DNA of 64,000 bases from Curvularia clavata (lineage: Eukaryota), in contig CP089279.1 of NCBI GenBank assembly GCA_023920165.1, forward strand, positions 1,860,001-1,924,000. Reading direction: 5' to 3'. Positions 12,643 through 24,307 of this stretch are shown in pieces; the first letter of the stretch is position 1; every line of letters starts with the position of its first letter. The notes under the pieces are model-generated. The model was given only the letters and a program-made list of their open reading frames with translations. It was not told the DNA's origin and searched no databases. Both the position numbers and the translations under genes were made by a program.

Positions 12643-14226
12643 ATGGTCGACTGTCCCATCTGCTCCCACGCCGTCAAAGACACGCATATCAACCAACACA
12701 TCGACAGCGGCTGCAAGGACTTCCTCGCAGACCCGCCGCCGCCGCCAGGCACACAGACAGCACCCGGCCTGGGCAAAGCCCATGGCTTCTTCACCCCAGT
12801 CGCACGCTCTATTGCTCAGCGCTCTCAACGGCCCCCAACACCCCCACTGCACACCAAGCGCTCCCTCGACGATAGTGCCGACAACAAGCAGCCGGATGGA
12901 GATGCCCAGTCGCCCTCTTCCTCGTCCGCCCCCAAGCGAGCCCGCCGGCTCAAGGCTCTCCAGGATGCCATGCCGCTGGCCGAGCGCATGCGGCCCACGT
13001 CGCTCGACCACGTCTACGGGCAGGAACTCGTCGCCCCGGGAGGCGTCTTGAGGGCCATGGTCGACGAGGGCAGGCTGCCTTCCATGGTCCTCTGGGGCCG
13101 CCCGGGAACAGGCAAAACTACCATTGCACGCTTGATCGCAAACACGTCCGGCTCCCGCTTCGTCGAGATCAACAGCACAAGCACCAAGCTCGACCAGGTC
13201 CGCACCATCTTCGCCGAAGCCTTTAGCGATCTGTCATTGACGGGGCGCAAGACCATTGTCTTCTGCGATGAGCTGCATCGCTTCTCAAAGACACAGCAAG
13301 ACGCTTTCCTCGGCCCCGTAGAGTCTGGCACCATTACTCTCATCGCGGCCACGACCGAGAACCCGTCCTTCAAAATCATATCCGCCTTGCTCTCACGATG
13401 CCGCACTTTTACCCTCGATGACCTCGACCAAGACCATTTGGTCCGCATACTGGAGCGTGCAATGGTTTCTGAGGAATGCACATCTCCCTTGCTCGACAAA
13501 CCCATGCTCCAATACTTCGCCCGCTTCTCCGATGGCGATGCGCGAACCGCTCTCAATCTCCTCGAGCTTGCCATGGGCCTGGCCAGACAGCCTGACATGA
13601 CCAAGGAGAAGATCCAGCAAAGCCTTACCAAAACTCTTGTATATGACCGCGCCGGCGACCAGCACTACGACAGCATATCTGCACTACACAAGTCCATACG
13701 AGGCTCAGACCCGGATGCTGCCTTGTACTACCTGGCACGCATGCTCGAGTCCGGCGAAGATCCGCGCTACATTGCGCGCCGCCTCATCGTTGTTGCTTCG
13801 GAAGACGTGGGATTGGCAGACAACTCTATGCTATCTCTCGCAACTGCTACCTACTCTGCCTGCGAGAAGATTGGCATGCCAGAGTGTCGCATCAACCTCG
13901 CCCACGCCGTCACTGCCTTGTCGCTTTCACCCAAGTCTACCCGTGCATATCGTGGCTTGAACAATGCAATGGATGCACTCAAGGAGCCTGGCGTTGCTGC
14001 ACTGCCCATACCTCATCACATACGCAATGCGCCCACCAAGCTAATGAAGGACCTGGGCTATGGAGAGGGATACAAATACAACCCACACTATCTCGACGGC
14101 AAGGTAAAGCAGGAGTACTTGCCCGAAGCTCTCAGAGGGCGTACCTTTCTGGAAGAAGCCGACTTGGGAAGCAAAGTAGATCCTGACTTGATTGACGACG
14201 ACGAGTTGATTCCAGAGATAGACTAA
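12643..14226 (+). CDS. MGS1: DNA-dependent AAA+ ATPase Mgs1/WRNIP1 with N-terminal UBZ zinc finger
   Basis: MVDCPIC...INQHIDSGC (UBZ), PLAERMRP, Walker A GRPGTGKT, Walker B FCDELHRF, ATTENPSF, ISALHKSIRGSD. ATG at 12643. Confidence 0.93.
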   Translation: MVDCPICSHAVKDTHINQHIDSGCKDFLADPPPPPGTQTAPGLGKAHGFFTPVARSIAQRSQRPPTPPLHTKRSLDDSADNKQPDGDAQSPSSSSAPKRARRLKALQDAMPLAERMRPTSLDHVYGQELVAPGGVLRAMVDEGRLPSMVLWGRPGTGKTTIARLIANTSGSRFVEINSTSTKLDQVRTIFAEAFSDLSLTGRKTIVFCDELHRFSKTQQDAFLGPVESGTITLIAATTENPSFKIISALLSRCRTFTLDDLDQDHLVRILERAMVSEECTSPLLDKPMLQYFARFSDGDARTALNLLELAMGLARQPDMTKEKIQQSLTKTLVYDRAGDQHYDSISALHKSIRGSDPDAALYYLARMLESGEDPRYIARRLIVVASEDVGLADNSMLSLATATYSACEKIGMPECRINLAHAVTALSLSPKSTRAYRGLNNAMDALKEPGVAALPIPHHIRNAPTKLMKDLGYGEGYKYNPHYLDGKVKQEYLPEALRGRTFLEEADLGSKVDPDLIDDDELIPEID

Positions 14227-14844
14227 AAGCGTGTATTTGTAGGAAACTAGTTTTTCTTTTCTTTTATTCTGAACTAATGCTCAGCGAAGCATACGACAAT
14301 ACCCATTTTGAAGCGTATCGTTGATATCATGTTCCCTCTCGAGAAAAGTCTCTATCTGTATTTTTTATGTATCTCGTTCTTATTCATGTGTTTAGCCTTC
14401 GGCCTCATGGTCAAATGACTTCCCAGCGGTAGAATTCCTTGCATCCACCTAGTTCACGCTGCTGCTAAGCATAGCCAGATTACAATCTCAACATCCGCCA
14501 CTTTTCACTCTTTTGTTCTGATTATAGTCGAATCCATTCCTCGGGCCGCTGCTTACCTGGTGGTGACTGTTGCAGCAAAACCGGCATGCATATCTGGCAT
14601 GAGCATCACACTTCCATTTCTTTCACACTTGCATTTACCTTCCTCTTGCAATGCCATACATACCACATACTATCGCCGAGCTCCAGGCTGTAGGCAAGTG
14701 CGGTCAAAACGTAGCAACGTCTGAAGAGAGTCGTGCCCTCGTAGTCTGTCGAGGTCACCACAAGGCTACAGATCACTCAACAGTATACTTCTGAGCGTTC
14801 AAAGGGATTTCTCTTTTTTTTTTGCCCCTTTATGCGTGCCATGC

Positions 14845-16348
14845 TCATGCTGCAACAGCAACATTCGCAGCCTTTACCTGTTCCACAGTCGTGCGCCCCA
14901 ACCCTTCGGTGGCATAAAAGTCCATAGGATACAAGTTCTTACGCTCCCCCTCTCCCAGCCCTCTCTGTGATTCCTCTTCTTCTAGCCATGGTGCATCTCT
15001 TACCCCTAGCGCAACCAGCGCCTCGTATGGACTCAGCAGCGGCCGTGGAAAGGCATAGCCCCAGTCTATACTTAGCCTGGGACATGCAATCTGCACCCAA
15101 GCTTCTACGTCGCCCATCATGGCCAACTTTCCTGGGAAAATCTCAGACATGAGCAAACTGACACACTTGATGTTTTGGCGTCGGAGCTCATTCTCAATCA
15201 GCGTCAACGTGTGCGGGTTGCCTTGTCGGCCTAGTGAGCCTAGGATGATGCCCCATGTGCGGGCTTTCCGAGCCGTTAAGATGGCACTGCGCCGTAGGCT
15301 GTACAGGGACTCGTGCTCGTAAACTTCGTGAGTCAGCCGTCGCGAGTACGGATCATATCGATATGCGGGCAATTGAGGATTGGCGATCATGGCGCTTTCG
15401 AGATGAAATCGCCCATCGCCCAGATACAGGATCAAGTCAGGTACTTGTTGTTCCCTGCCTCTGGCGTCGAGCTGGCCGGGCTTCGTGGCCATTGCTGGCG
15501 ATGTGCAACCGAGGATTTCTCCCTTGGACAGAGGCGCTATTTGCGGTACAAACGGGTTGTATCCCTCCTTCCTCAGTATCGGAACGATGCCGTGGATGGT
15601 TGCATTGAACTGGATAGTACCAACAAGCGCAATCGTCTTACCAACAGGGAAGTTTTCGGTAATGGTGTTGATGAGGTGCTGGGTATCAATTGTGATAGAA
15701 ACGAAGATGTACAGGGTGGCGATCTTAGTCACCGCGACTGGTATCAAACAGCTGTGCGCATAGTGTATCAACAGGTCGCATCCAAGAGCTCGTGCCGTAT
15801 AGTCGTCTATGCAGCATGCCCCATACGTAACGTCGCCCATGATCAGGGTAGATGTTCCAGGACAGAAGCGCGTGAGAATGTCGGATATGGTTGTTGCGAA
15901 CAGCAGCAGTCCCTCGGGGAATTGCAAGGCGATAGACTTGGCGCCCGAAGTTCTTATCCTATGTATACATTTGTGTATTTCAAAGTTGTAGTTGGGTGGC
16001 AGGAGGGCGATAGCATCTTTGATATCCTCATCGTGAAGAATATCGTCGGGTATAGCGTTCAAGGCACGAGCAGTACGTCGAGGCTGCGCAACTAATCGAA
16101 AGTCAGCCTTTTTCTTCTTCTTTCCCAGGGCCGTAGTCATTGCCGTATGGCAGTGGGCTCCTCACACCTTGTATCGCGCTCGAATCTTCAATAGTGGCGT
16201 TTGGGTCTTCTGGCTGCCCACTCGCCTTTTCCGCTGTCTTCCTGCCTACGAAGCGTCGTCTCGGTTGCTTTGGCACGGGCAGTGGCTCCTCTGGCATGCC
16301 CTGATCCACTTCGGGCCCGAGATTAGTCGCTGCCCGGTCGTCTTCCAT
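14845..16348 (-). CDS. DPH1: Diphthamide biosynthesis protein 1
   Basis: [76 protein letters not shown]. Intron 16092-16167. Confidence 0.95.
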
Positions 16349-16635
16349 TTTTGCCCGGCGACTGTGTGTCTGGAGGTGTTGTGGGCGAAGCGCAAGGCAT
16401 ATAATGGACGTGGGGCTGTAGCGGTGCGGCGGGGCTGACCTTTTCTTTTTGGCGCTGAAAGTGGCACCAGTGGGTACTTAGGGCTGAAGTGTGTGCATCC
16501 ATTTCATTATCTGTCTAAGGCCACCCCGCATGCGCCCAACAATACAAAAGCAGGTCTTACATTATTCGTATTATTATACGCTATTAACAAATACACAAGG
16601 ACGTCGCTCATTGCCCCGCTAAGGAACGATGCTCA

Positions 16636-17706
16636 TTATACGTCTATCTTGCCGCCAAGCCAGAACCCTCCAATCCACAGCAAACCCCAGAGGGGCTGGT
16701 AAAAAGCCCTAAGTGTCGCTGGGCCCGGGCACACACCCGTCAATCCCCAGCCTATTCCAAATGCTGCGGCGCCCATAATAAACCTCTTGTCAATGTCCTG
16801 GAACGTCTTCGTCGGCAGAGCAAATTTCTCGGCAAATGAGGGTGGCTTTTCAAAGCCTTTAATCTGGTTCTCGATGAGATTGGGGAGTACTCCAAACACT
16901 ATTACCAAGGCAAGAGACGGATCCCAATGTTGTAGTGCCGGAAAGGACAGAAAAGCGGCGACCTTGTCAGGATGCGCCATCTGGGAAATGTGCAGACCCA
17001 GCGCAAAGAGAAGACCCGAGAAGAACTGTGTAGTGTTGCGTGCAACATTATGGGATTCAGTAGCTTCGGTTTCTTTTTTACTACTGTCTGGAGCCGTGAC
17101 CAGCGCGACTACATGAGGTATTGTTCGCGCAGCCATGACACTGAAGGCTGCCAGCATGACGAGAGACGCGGCGGCTTCCGAAGAGGGGTAGACAGGCGTA
17201 TAGCAAGCCACATCGTTTCGGCATACGGTGGTCGAGAGCGTCGGGTTGGCTAGGTGGTGGGTGATTACGGCAGTGGGGAAAAATACAGCAACTGCAGTGG
17301 CAGAACGGCCGCTCAGCCTAGAAAGCCCACACAGCATGTGTCCAGAGGTACAACCGTTGGCCATCTAACGATTCATACATATCAGTTCATGTTCAGGCTC
17401 GTCGCAAAGACTACTCACCTTGGTTCCCCATCCTATCAAGGCCCCGACTGCGGCAGTCGTGATTGCAATCTTGGGACTTAACTGCACCACCGGATAATTC
17501 GTTATCAGCTGTGGTGCTAGGGCTTTCAGGGGGATATGGCTAGCAGCCATGCCAGCGAAGAAAGCGATCCGCTCTTTGGTAGGCGCGGAGAGAAGCTGGC
17601 GTAGGTATCCGCTCAGTCCCAGTATGTTTCCATTCTGATAAAGAAGATTACTTGTTGCTTGATGCAGCAGAAATGCTCCCACGGTCGTCTCCACGGGTGT
17701 GAACAT
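16636..17706 (-). CDS. YeeE/YedE family (sulfur/thiosulfate transport) membrane protein
   Basis: GWGTK|MANGCTSGHMLCGLSRLSGRS and FGIGWGLTGVCPGP motifs, many hydrophobic helices. Intron 17365-17418. Confidence 0.88.
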
Positions 17707-20700
17707 CGTCTCTTTGGTTTCTCATACACACTTCGTCCGCTCAGCCTTCACCCTTTGTGGCGCACTCTCCGTAACCTGAAATTCGATAAGATGGATCCGG
17801 TAAAACCAAAGCTGAGCAGACGCGCTGCTTGATACATATGCCCCATTTCTAGCATTCTGCCAACCTGTCGCGATAGGCCAAATTTCTTCGAAGTCGGCGA
17901 CCACATTGCGCCAAATGGGGATTGGACCGGGATGTGTATTGTCCGATTGTGAACTATTTCGCGGGGACAGGCTAGTCAAGCTCGGCAGGGGAGATGTACA
18001 CACCCAAAACCTGCTTAGCGAGGACCCTGAGAACTATCTGCCCATGATCTGGCGCATTGCAAGGGATATCGACGCGAGCGTGGACTGGTACTCCAAGGCT
18101 CTTCGACAATGGGTTGCGTCGCGCCGTGTCTGCGCTGTGGGTGCGAATAGGGAGTTCCCAAGTCGCCGACGTCTCCAAGACGCCGACCAACTGCGTCCTC
18201 GCAATTCCGCCCCAAAACTGCCGAAACCCGCCATCTGACGTACCTCAGTAAGACACCTCGCTGAGCCTCGCTATCGGCTTCTCGGCATATACTATAAAGA
18301 AGTGGCTGGCCGATAGTAAAGGAGTTCCCAACCGGCGAATACGTCGTATGTATCTACCATGCAGCAGTATCGGGGTACATATGTAACAGCATCAGCGCGC
18401 AACAGGGGCTCCGTGTTGCTGCCTCAACCAATTTCCACATGGACCCCACAGTGACATCAGGTTGATCATGGCAGAGGTGCCTGATATATGCAAACACTGG
18501 TTAGTCAGTACAACAACTTCTGATTAAAGTTCGGAGCCGTCATCATTTCCGTGATAGCTACCCCATGAGAGGCTTTGGCGTTTTTCGCTAGTCGGCGCCT
18601 TACTGAGACGTGTGTATAACACGACTGTTCCTCTGGTTTCTCTTGTTTACTTGCTCACCACCGAAGCGCGTAAACTGAGCGTCATGAGTCGACGTACAGT
18701 GGTGCGCGGAGAGGGTTCGTTGTATGGGAACGTTACCGAAGCTAAGCCGAGATCAAATATGAGTTATGAGTGTAGCCGGCGCAGATCCGAGCCTCGTACC
18801 ACCGCGGACTGCTTTTAACATTTACTCTGTCTCAGTGACTGTGTGGTTGCATCTTTATGTCCCGGTTCGTATTGCTATACCAAGGATACGTTTCTTGCCA
18901 GCTTATCCTGGTTCATTCTCCGATATACTATGATTGGCTTGCACAAACACTTATGCTACTGTGAGTGTTGTCTTCGCTACGTCCTATTTCTGATAGGATG
19001 AGCCAAAAATCCAGAATCGTGCGCGTACATATAGTCTGTCACATACAGTCAAGGACACATGGCTGCTTGTAAATAGCAGTCCCATTAAATCCAGTTCTTA
19101 GGTAAATGATCTGAGTGAAGTGCTGTGATTAGCAATGGCACTCCTTCATTAGCTATGGGCATTCTGCTGGGAAAAATAATACAAATTGCCTCGGATCTGC
19201 CTAATAACTTAGTCAAAAACTCTCTACTCTTGCCCGAGATGCGCATTGCTGCTCTCGGGCAACACTCCAACAAGGTCCATCTTATCTGTTTTGTCACCAA
19301 ACCCGTTGAAATATTAACTTTGTTTGTGAGGGTGATATATAAACCCATGTATTCAAGCTTATTAAAGCTCTACCTAATTGAGCGAACCCTCCACCTTAGC
19401 TATTTCAATAAGAGATTGCTATGTTGTCGTGGTGTTTGTGGCAACATGTATTATGGTCGCTAGTATGTCCTGAGATTCTGTGTGAAGCCTTATTCCAGAA
19501 CAAATCAAAATCAACGAACAGAGAGCGGCTCTCCACATTCATTTAGTGCGACAATGAGGACAAAAATGCGAATATAATACGGCCGTTGATATGTTTAGCC
19601 TCTGCAGGGGACCAATTCGTTAAATATCGAGATAAACAAACATTAAAGGCATCAAATACGATCGTGCAAGCCCCAGCCTTCATAATCAGGTATCAAAGCC
19701 GGAGCGAAGTTTACAGCCGAATATTTCCAGACCTACCCCAAGATTCGTCGCTTTCGGGCTGCCGCGGGTACCACATTCCTTCAACCCGAGGGTCTCTCTT
19801 ACATAGGCATCGTTCTTCTTCACTATATGCACGCATAACTATAACGGGAATAAAGCTGCAATGTAGAATCGAGTACCACGACAACGCTATTTACATTCAT
19901 ACACGTTTACTACAAAGCGCAGCATACTATTTCCATTCACCCAGTCCCTGATTGGCAGTGAAATGCATCAAAGAACGAGCGTCTACCGCCCTTAGAAAGG
20001 CGAGAGTAACTAGTCGTGTATAAGTATCGCCATGTTACAGGAGAGACGGCGTATGCATAATTCAACCGATTCTGCCCTTGAAGTACATGCATCTTTGATC
20101 GCGAAATCACGAGGTTTTTTTGACCAACCCAATGTTGTAAAGTACGCAAAGTCTAAAGAAAAACAAATGTGCCATTGTGGTCAGATGAGAACTATGGGCA
20201 ACTGCTATCTTGTTCAATGAGGTGCTTTATCCAGGGTTGCTATGGCGTCCCCCCGTTCTGCAAACTGCTATACATGCGTTGCTACTGCTGTGGGTCCAGC
20301 CATTGGCAATGGTAGCAAGTGTGTCGTGCAAACTTCCATTGAAAGCTACTGCTACCAATCTGGGCGTTGGCTGGGTAACTTAGTACTCTATCTGCGTATC
20401 TAAAATTATTGAAGACCTGGCTGCCTCCACAAGCAATACCCACTCACGGAAATTGATGATTTCTTTGTCTCTGCTTCGCTTCAAATTCGCCCAATCATTA
20501 GGCTACATAGCCAATGAAGACATCACAGGTTCTGGCTTTCAATAATTTATAAAGGTTCTTAGCTGATGGCCAAATTGAGTTCAGTGAGGCACTTGGGACT
20601 AGAGCTAAGATGATAGAGTTGTGCCACATTCCTCACGCAAAATGTAGCTCCAATTTTTTACATTCCATCAAATACCACGAATCTTGACTCTGAGATTATC

Positions 20701-22167
20701 AAATGATTGTACCAATGAATCACCTACCATTCTCGCTGGGTCGCCCATGAGGGTTTGCATAGTGGAACCTTTAGAGCCTGACACCCTGAACTCATTTCGA
20801 ATACAACACAGGTATCACATACTTTCTCTCAACATCCCCATAATCATTCTTGTCTTCGTCCACGAATCTCACTCGAACCAATTTTCGATTTCGCTCCTTG
20901 TCGCTCGAACTCCAGTCGGCCACAACCTCTGCTTTGTAAAACCTGTTACTATCAGGATACAAAGCAATGACGTCACTTCCCTTAGCAAGATCATAAAGCA
21001 TGCTATTCGAAGAGATGGCGAAGAGATTGTCGTCAGTTGTATCAAAAGGAAAAGAAGGCAGTGTATCCGGCTTCGCTTCAATGATTTCGTAGCGACGTTG
21101 TTTGCCCTCATCTATCACTGAAGTGATACGGCAGAGTACACCTTCGCCTTCTATACTTTGCATTTCGGGATCTGTGCTTCTATCGGGATAGCGGTAGAAG
21201 ACTTCGTCGTCACGGGCCAGGCCCGCAGTTGCCAGCTTTCGTACATCTGCCTCTTTTGTCGTTAGCTCCAAGCCTCGCTCAAGCGGGTTTGGAGGTGGAG
21301 AAGTGTGTTCAAGCGTCGGAGAGATGGGGCGGACTGATGCTTGTGCAAGCTCGTGTCGTCTCTTGGGTCCCGGAGTTGGCGTAGGCGGTGGCCCAAGATC
21401 TTCGCCTCGATTCCTTCGTGCGTCTGCCTCTTTTGCCATTTGCTCAAGGTCTAGCTTGCCGCCTTCAACAAGACGCACGTACTGATTCTTGACCATATTA
21501 TGGGTCTTTGTACCCATATGCTTTGCGATTGCCTTCCAGTCCGTGCCAAAGTATGCAATGTTCTTATCGAAATCTTGCAACTCTGAAATCGACCAATAAC
21601 TGGACTGGCCAGGTATCGCACCAGACCGGAATTTTGGAGGTTGACGACGTCCACGCTTCGCTAAGGCGTATGCGTCCCTGCACTCGTCACTACAAAACCA
21701 TTTCGTCCGGCCCGTCGGCACCTTCTCCAGGCCCGCGCATTTAAGATGGAACCACTCGCGCGAGCAGTCATCATTGTCGCAGGCAATCATGTTGCCATAC
21801 GAAACGTCGTTACAGTAGCAGTATCTGGTTTCGATGCCGTCTTCCTCGGACACCACCTCGTTTCCAATTTCAGGCTTGGCTTCTTGGTGGTCTTGTTCTT
21901 GGGTGACAGAGCTTGCTGTAGAGTTTGACTTCCCCAGAGATAGCTGGACCCCTGACTCAGCCTCTACGTCTCTGCCATTTCTTTCTAGCAAAAGCGACAA
22001 GTTGTTTCTGCTCGCCAGTGTCCTGGGATGATCAGGCCCTAGCACCTTCTCAAACTGCTCGAGCGTCTGCCGATTTATTTCTTCAGCCTCTTCGTACTGG
22101 CCCTGCGCGCTCAGTGCTGCTGCTAGGTTACTCATGCATCCTAGCGTTGTAGGATGATCAGGCCCTA

Positions 22168-22220
22168 GCGGGCATGGTCAGTGCGTGAGCATGGTCAGAC
22201 AATGAGCCACCCCACCAAAA
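22168..22220. repeat. Left TIR of transposon
   Basis: gcgggcatggtcagtgcgtgagcatggtcagacaatgagccaccccaccaaaa is the reverse complement of 24255-24307; it contains the direct repeat gcatggtcag twice. Confidence 0.95.
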
Positions 22221-22321
22221 TGCACGCCCACCAAAAAACGAAGCTTTTAAGCCCCATACAAAAGCTAATATCGTGAGATTTCTTGGCGGAGTAGTAAGAT
22301 TATAATATATTTGATGGCTGT

Positions 22322-24208
22322 CTACTTATATTTACTCGGAAGATTGATTTTGCGGCCGCGCGTAGTGGTTTTGGTGGAGGGCTCGGGTGGCTGCGGTGCA
22401 GACGCACCACCACTCTGATCATCCGCAACACCACGACGCTTAGCTGTTTTTGATATTTGACTTGATGAAGCTTTTCTTTTACCTTTATTCCCTCTATCTT
22501 GAAGTTTTTTTGGTGTTGCAGCAACGCGTTCTTGTTGTTTTTGAGCCCGGGCAGCCGCAAGTTGCGCAGCCTTCGCCTCCCGCTCCTTTGCTCGTGCCTC
22601 CCGTGCCAACTGTCGGGCTTCTTTTGCTTCTGCTGCAATATTTTTCTTATAGGCAGTAGCAGCAGCTTTAATCTCTTTTTACTCTTGTTTTCGGAGTTTT
22701 TCTACCTTAGCTTCTTATTGTTTTGCGTATTCACGAGCCCGAGCTTCTTGTACTGAATGAGGACTCCACACCACCGCCAAACTTTAATACTCTTAGTGCT
22801 GCTGAAGATCTAGAACTGGATTATACTTTTTCTTCTATTTTTTAGCGTTAATTTCACTGCGTAACTCTTCGTTTTCATAGTAGAGCAGCGCATTTCTAAC
22901 CTGAAGTAAATAGAGTGCCTGTTTTAGCTCTTTGGCTTCAACTTTTAACTTATCTGGGACAGCAGCGTCGTATAACTTAGACAGCTGTCTCCAAATATCC
23001 CCATCTCTATACTCTCTAACTCCTGTATCTATATCCTATTATAGTGTTGAGATTTTAAAGCGTTGGAGTACAACTTCTAGATCGAGTAGATGAACTCCAG
23101 TAGCCGCAAAGCTGCTTATAATATTCTCAAATATGAAAGTCAATATATATGCCGCCCAAAATAAGCTTATAAAGTCACTTTTTTGCACGCGCAGTAACCC
23201 CTAACAGCGGCGGAGAAAGTCGGATAGCTCATTCGAGTAAGCTGTCGACAGAGGAGAATACAACACCACGTCGAGTGGCTGAAGACTATAAGTCGCATAG
23301 GGGGGAAAGATCGCAATCAGGATTCGATAAGAGTCACAGTAATCGATAAGAGATAGAGTAACGTGACTTCCATAGCCGTCGAGCAGAAGAAGTCTATAGT
23401 CTCGTTTTGCTTTCCCCTTTATCTTCCAGTCAAACACCTATTCAACCCAAGCCTTTGCCAGCTCATTATTACTCCAGCCAGACTCAATTGTAGAGCAAAA
23501 AACCTTATATTTATCTACCTCCAAGTCCTATATCCATCGCTCGCGAAGACCAACATTTCCTTCAAAGATAATCGTAGGATCAATCCAGCTCCCATCAGTA
23601 CAAATACAAGCCAAAACTGTTATCCACTCTCTACTACCATCTTGCAAGGCTGCTATAACTTTCTTTTAGTCCCAAAATTATTTTAAAAACACTCTTTTAA
23701 ACCTTTCTACAACCCTAAGAAGGAACCCCTTCTCATCCATATTATAGATATTATATAGCTCTACGTTATACTAAGCGATCTTAGCACGAAGAAGTTCAAA
23801 ATACGATCAGTAACTATCAATATTATCAGCTTAGTAACGCTCCTAATCAATCCCAGTCACAAATTTAGTAATAAGATAATCGCGGTGTCAACAAAAAAAT
23901 CAGGAAATCCAGCTGTCCGAAGGCTCCCATTCTGCAATAACTAATACGTAGTTTTTAATTATAGATCTAGTAGATAGAAGAGCACGCTCAGTTAAGTCCT
24001 ATATATATTTTATAAGCTCGGATTCTTATAGTAGACTAAGAAGTTAGCGTTGGTGTATCGCGTCGTCACGCAACTAAGTTTTGTTTTAGTGTCTCCGCGC
24101 TAACGTATTGCGGTCAACACCAAAAATTTTTACAGCTTCACAGTACGAGATTTATCCTTCTGAGCCTTGCGAATCGATTGCTGCAATCGCTTTTGAAATC
24201 GGATCCAT
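22322..24208 (-). pseudogene. DDE transposase (HTH/CENP-B-like + DDE), many stop codons
   Basis: Start MDPISKAIAAI at 24208. Remnant motifs RLLLLDGYGSHVT and FPPYATYSLQPLDV (canonical DGHGSH / PPH.TH.LQPLD). C-terminus ...TTTRGRKINLPSKYK*. Stops are TAA/TAG, consistent with CAA/CAG origin. Confidence 0.88.
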
Positions 24209-24254
24209 GGTGGTGGAGTTATGTGGTGTTGAAGAGAATGGATTACTATGCTAC

Positions 24255-24307
24255 TTTTGGTGGGGTGGCTCATTGTCTGACCATGCTCACGCACTGACCA
24301 TGCCCGA
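24255..24307. repeat. Right TIR of transposon
   Basis: ttttggtggggtggctcattgtctgaccatgctcacgcactgaccatgcccga. Confidence 0.95.

Larger units (their letters stand above)
22168..24307 (-). mobile_element. pogo/Fot1-type (Tc1-mariner superfamily) DNA transposon, 2140 bp, RIP-mutated
   Basis: 53-bp terminal inverted repeats at 22168-22220 and 24255-24307, identical except the outermost base. TA target duplication at 22166-22167 and 24308-24309. Internal degenerate DDE transposase. Confidence 0.95.
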
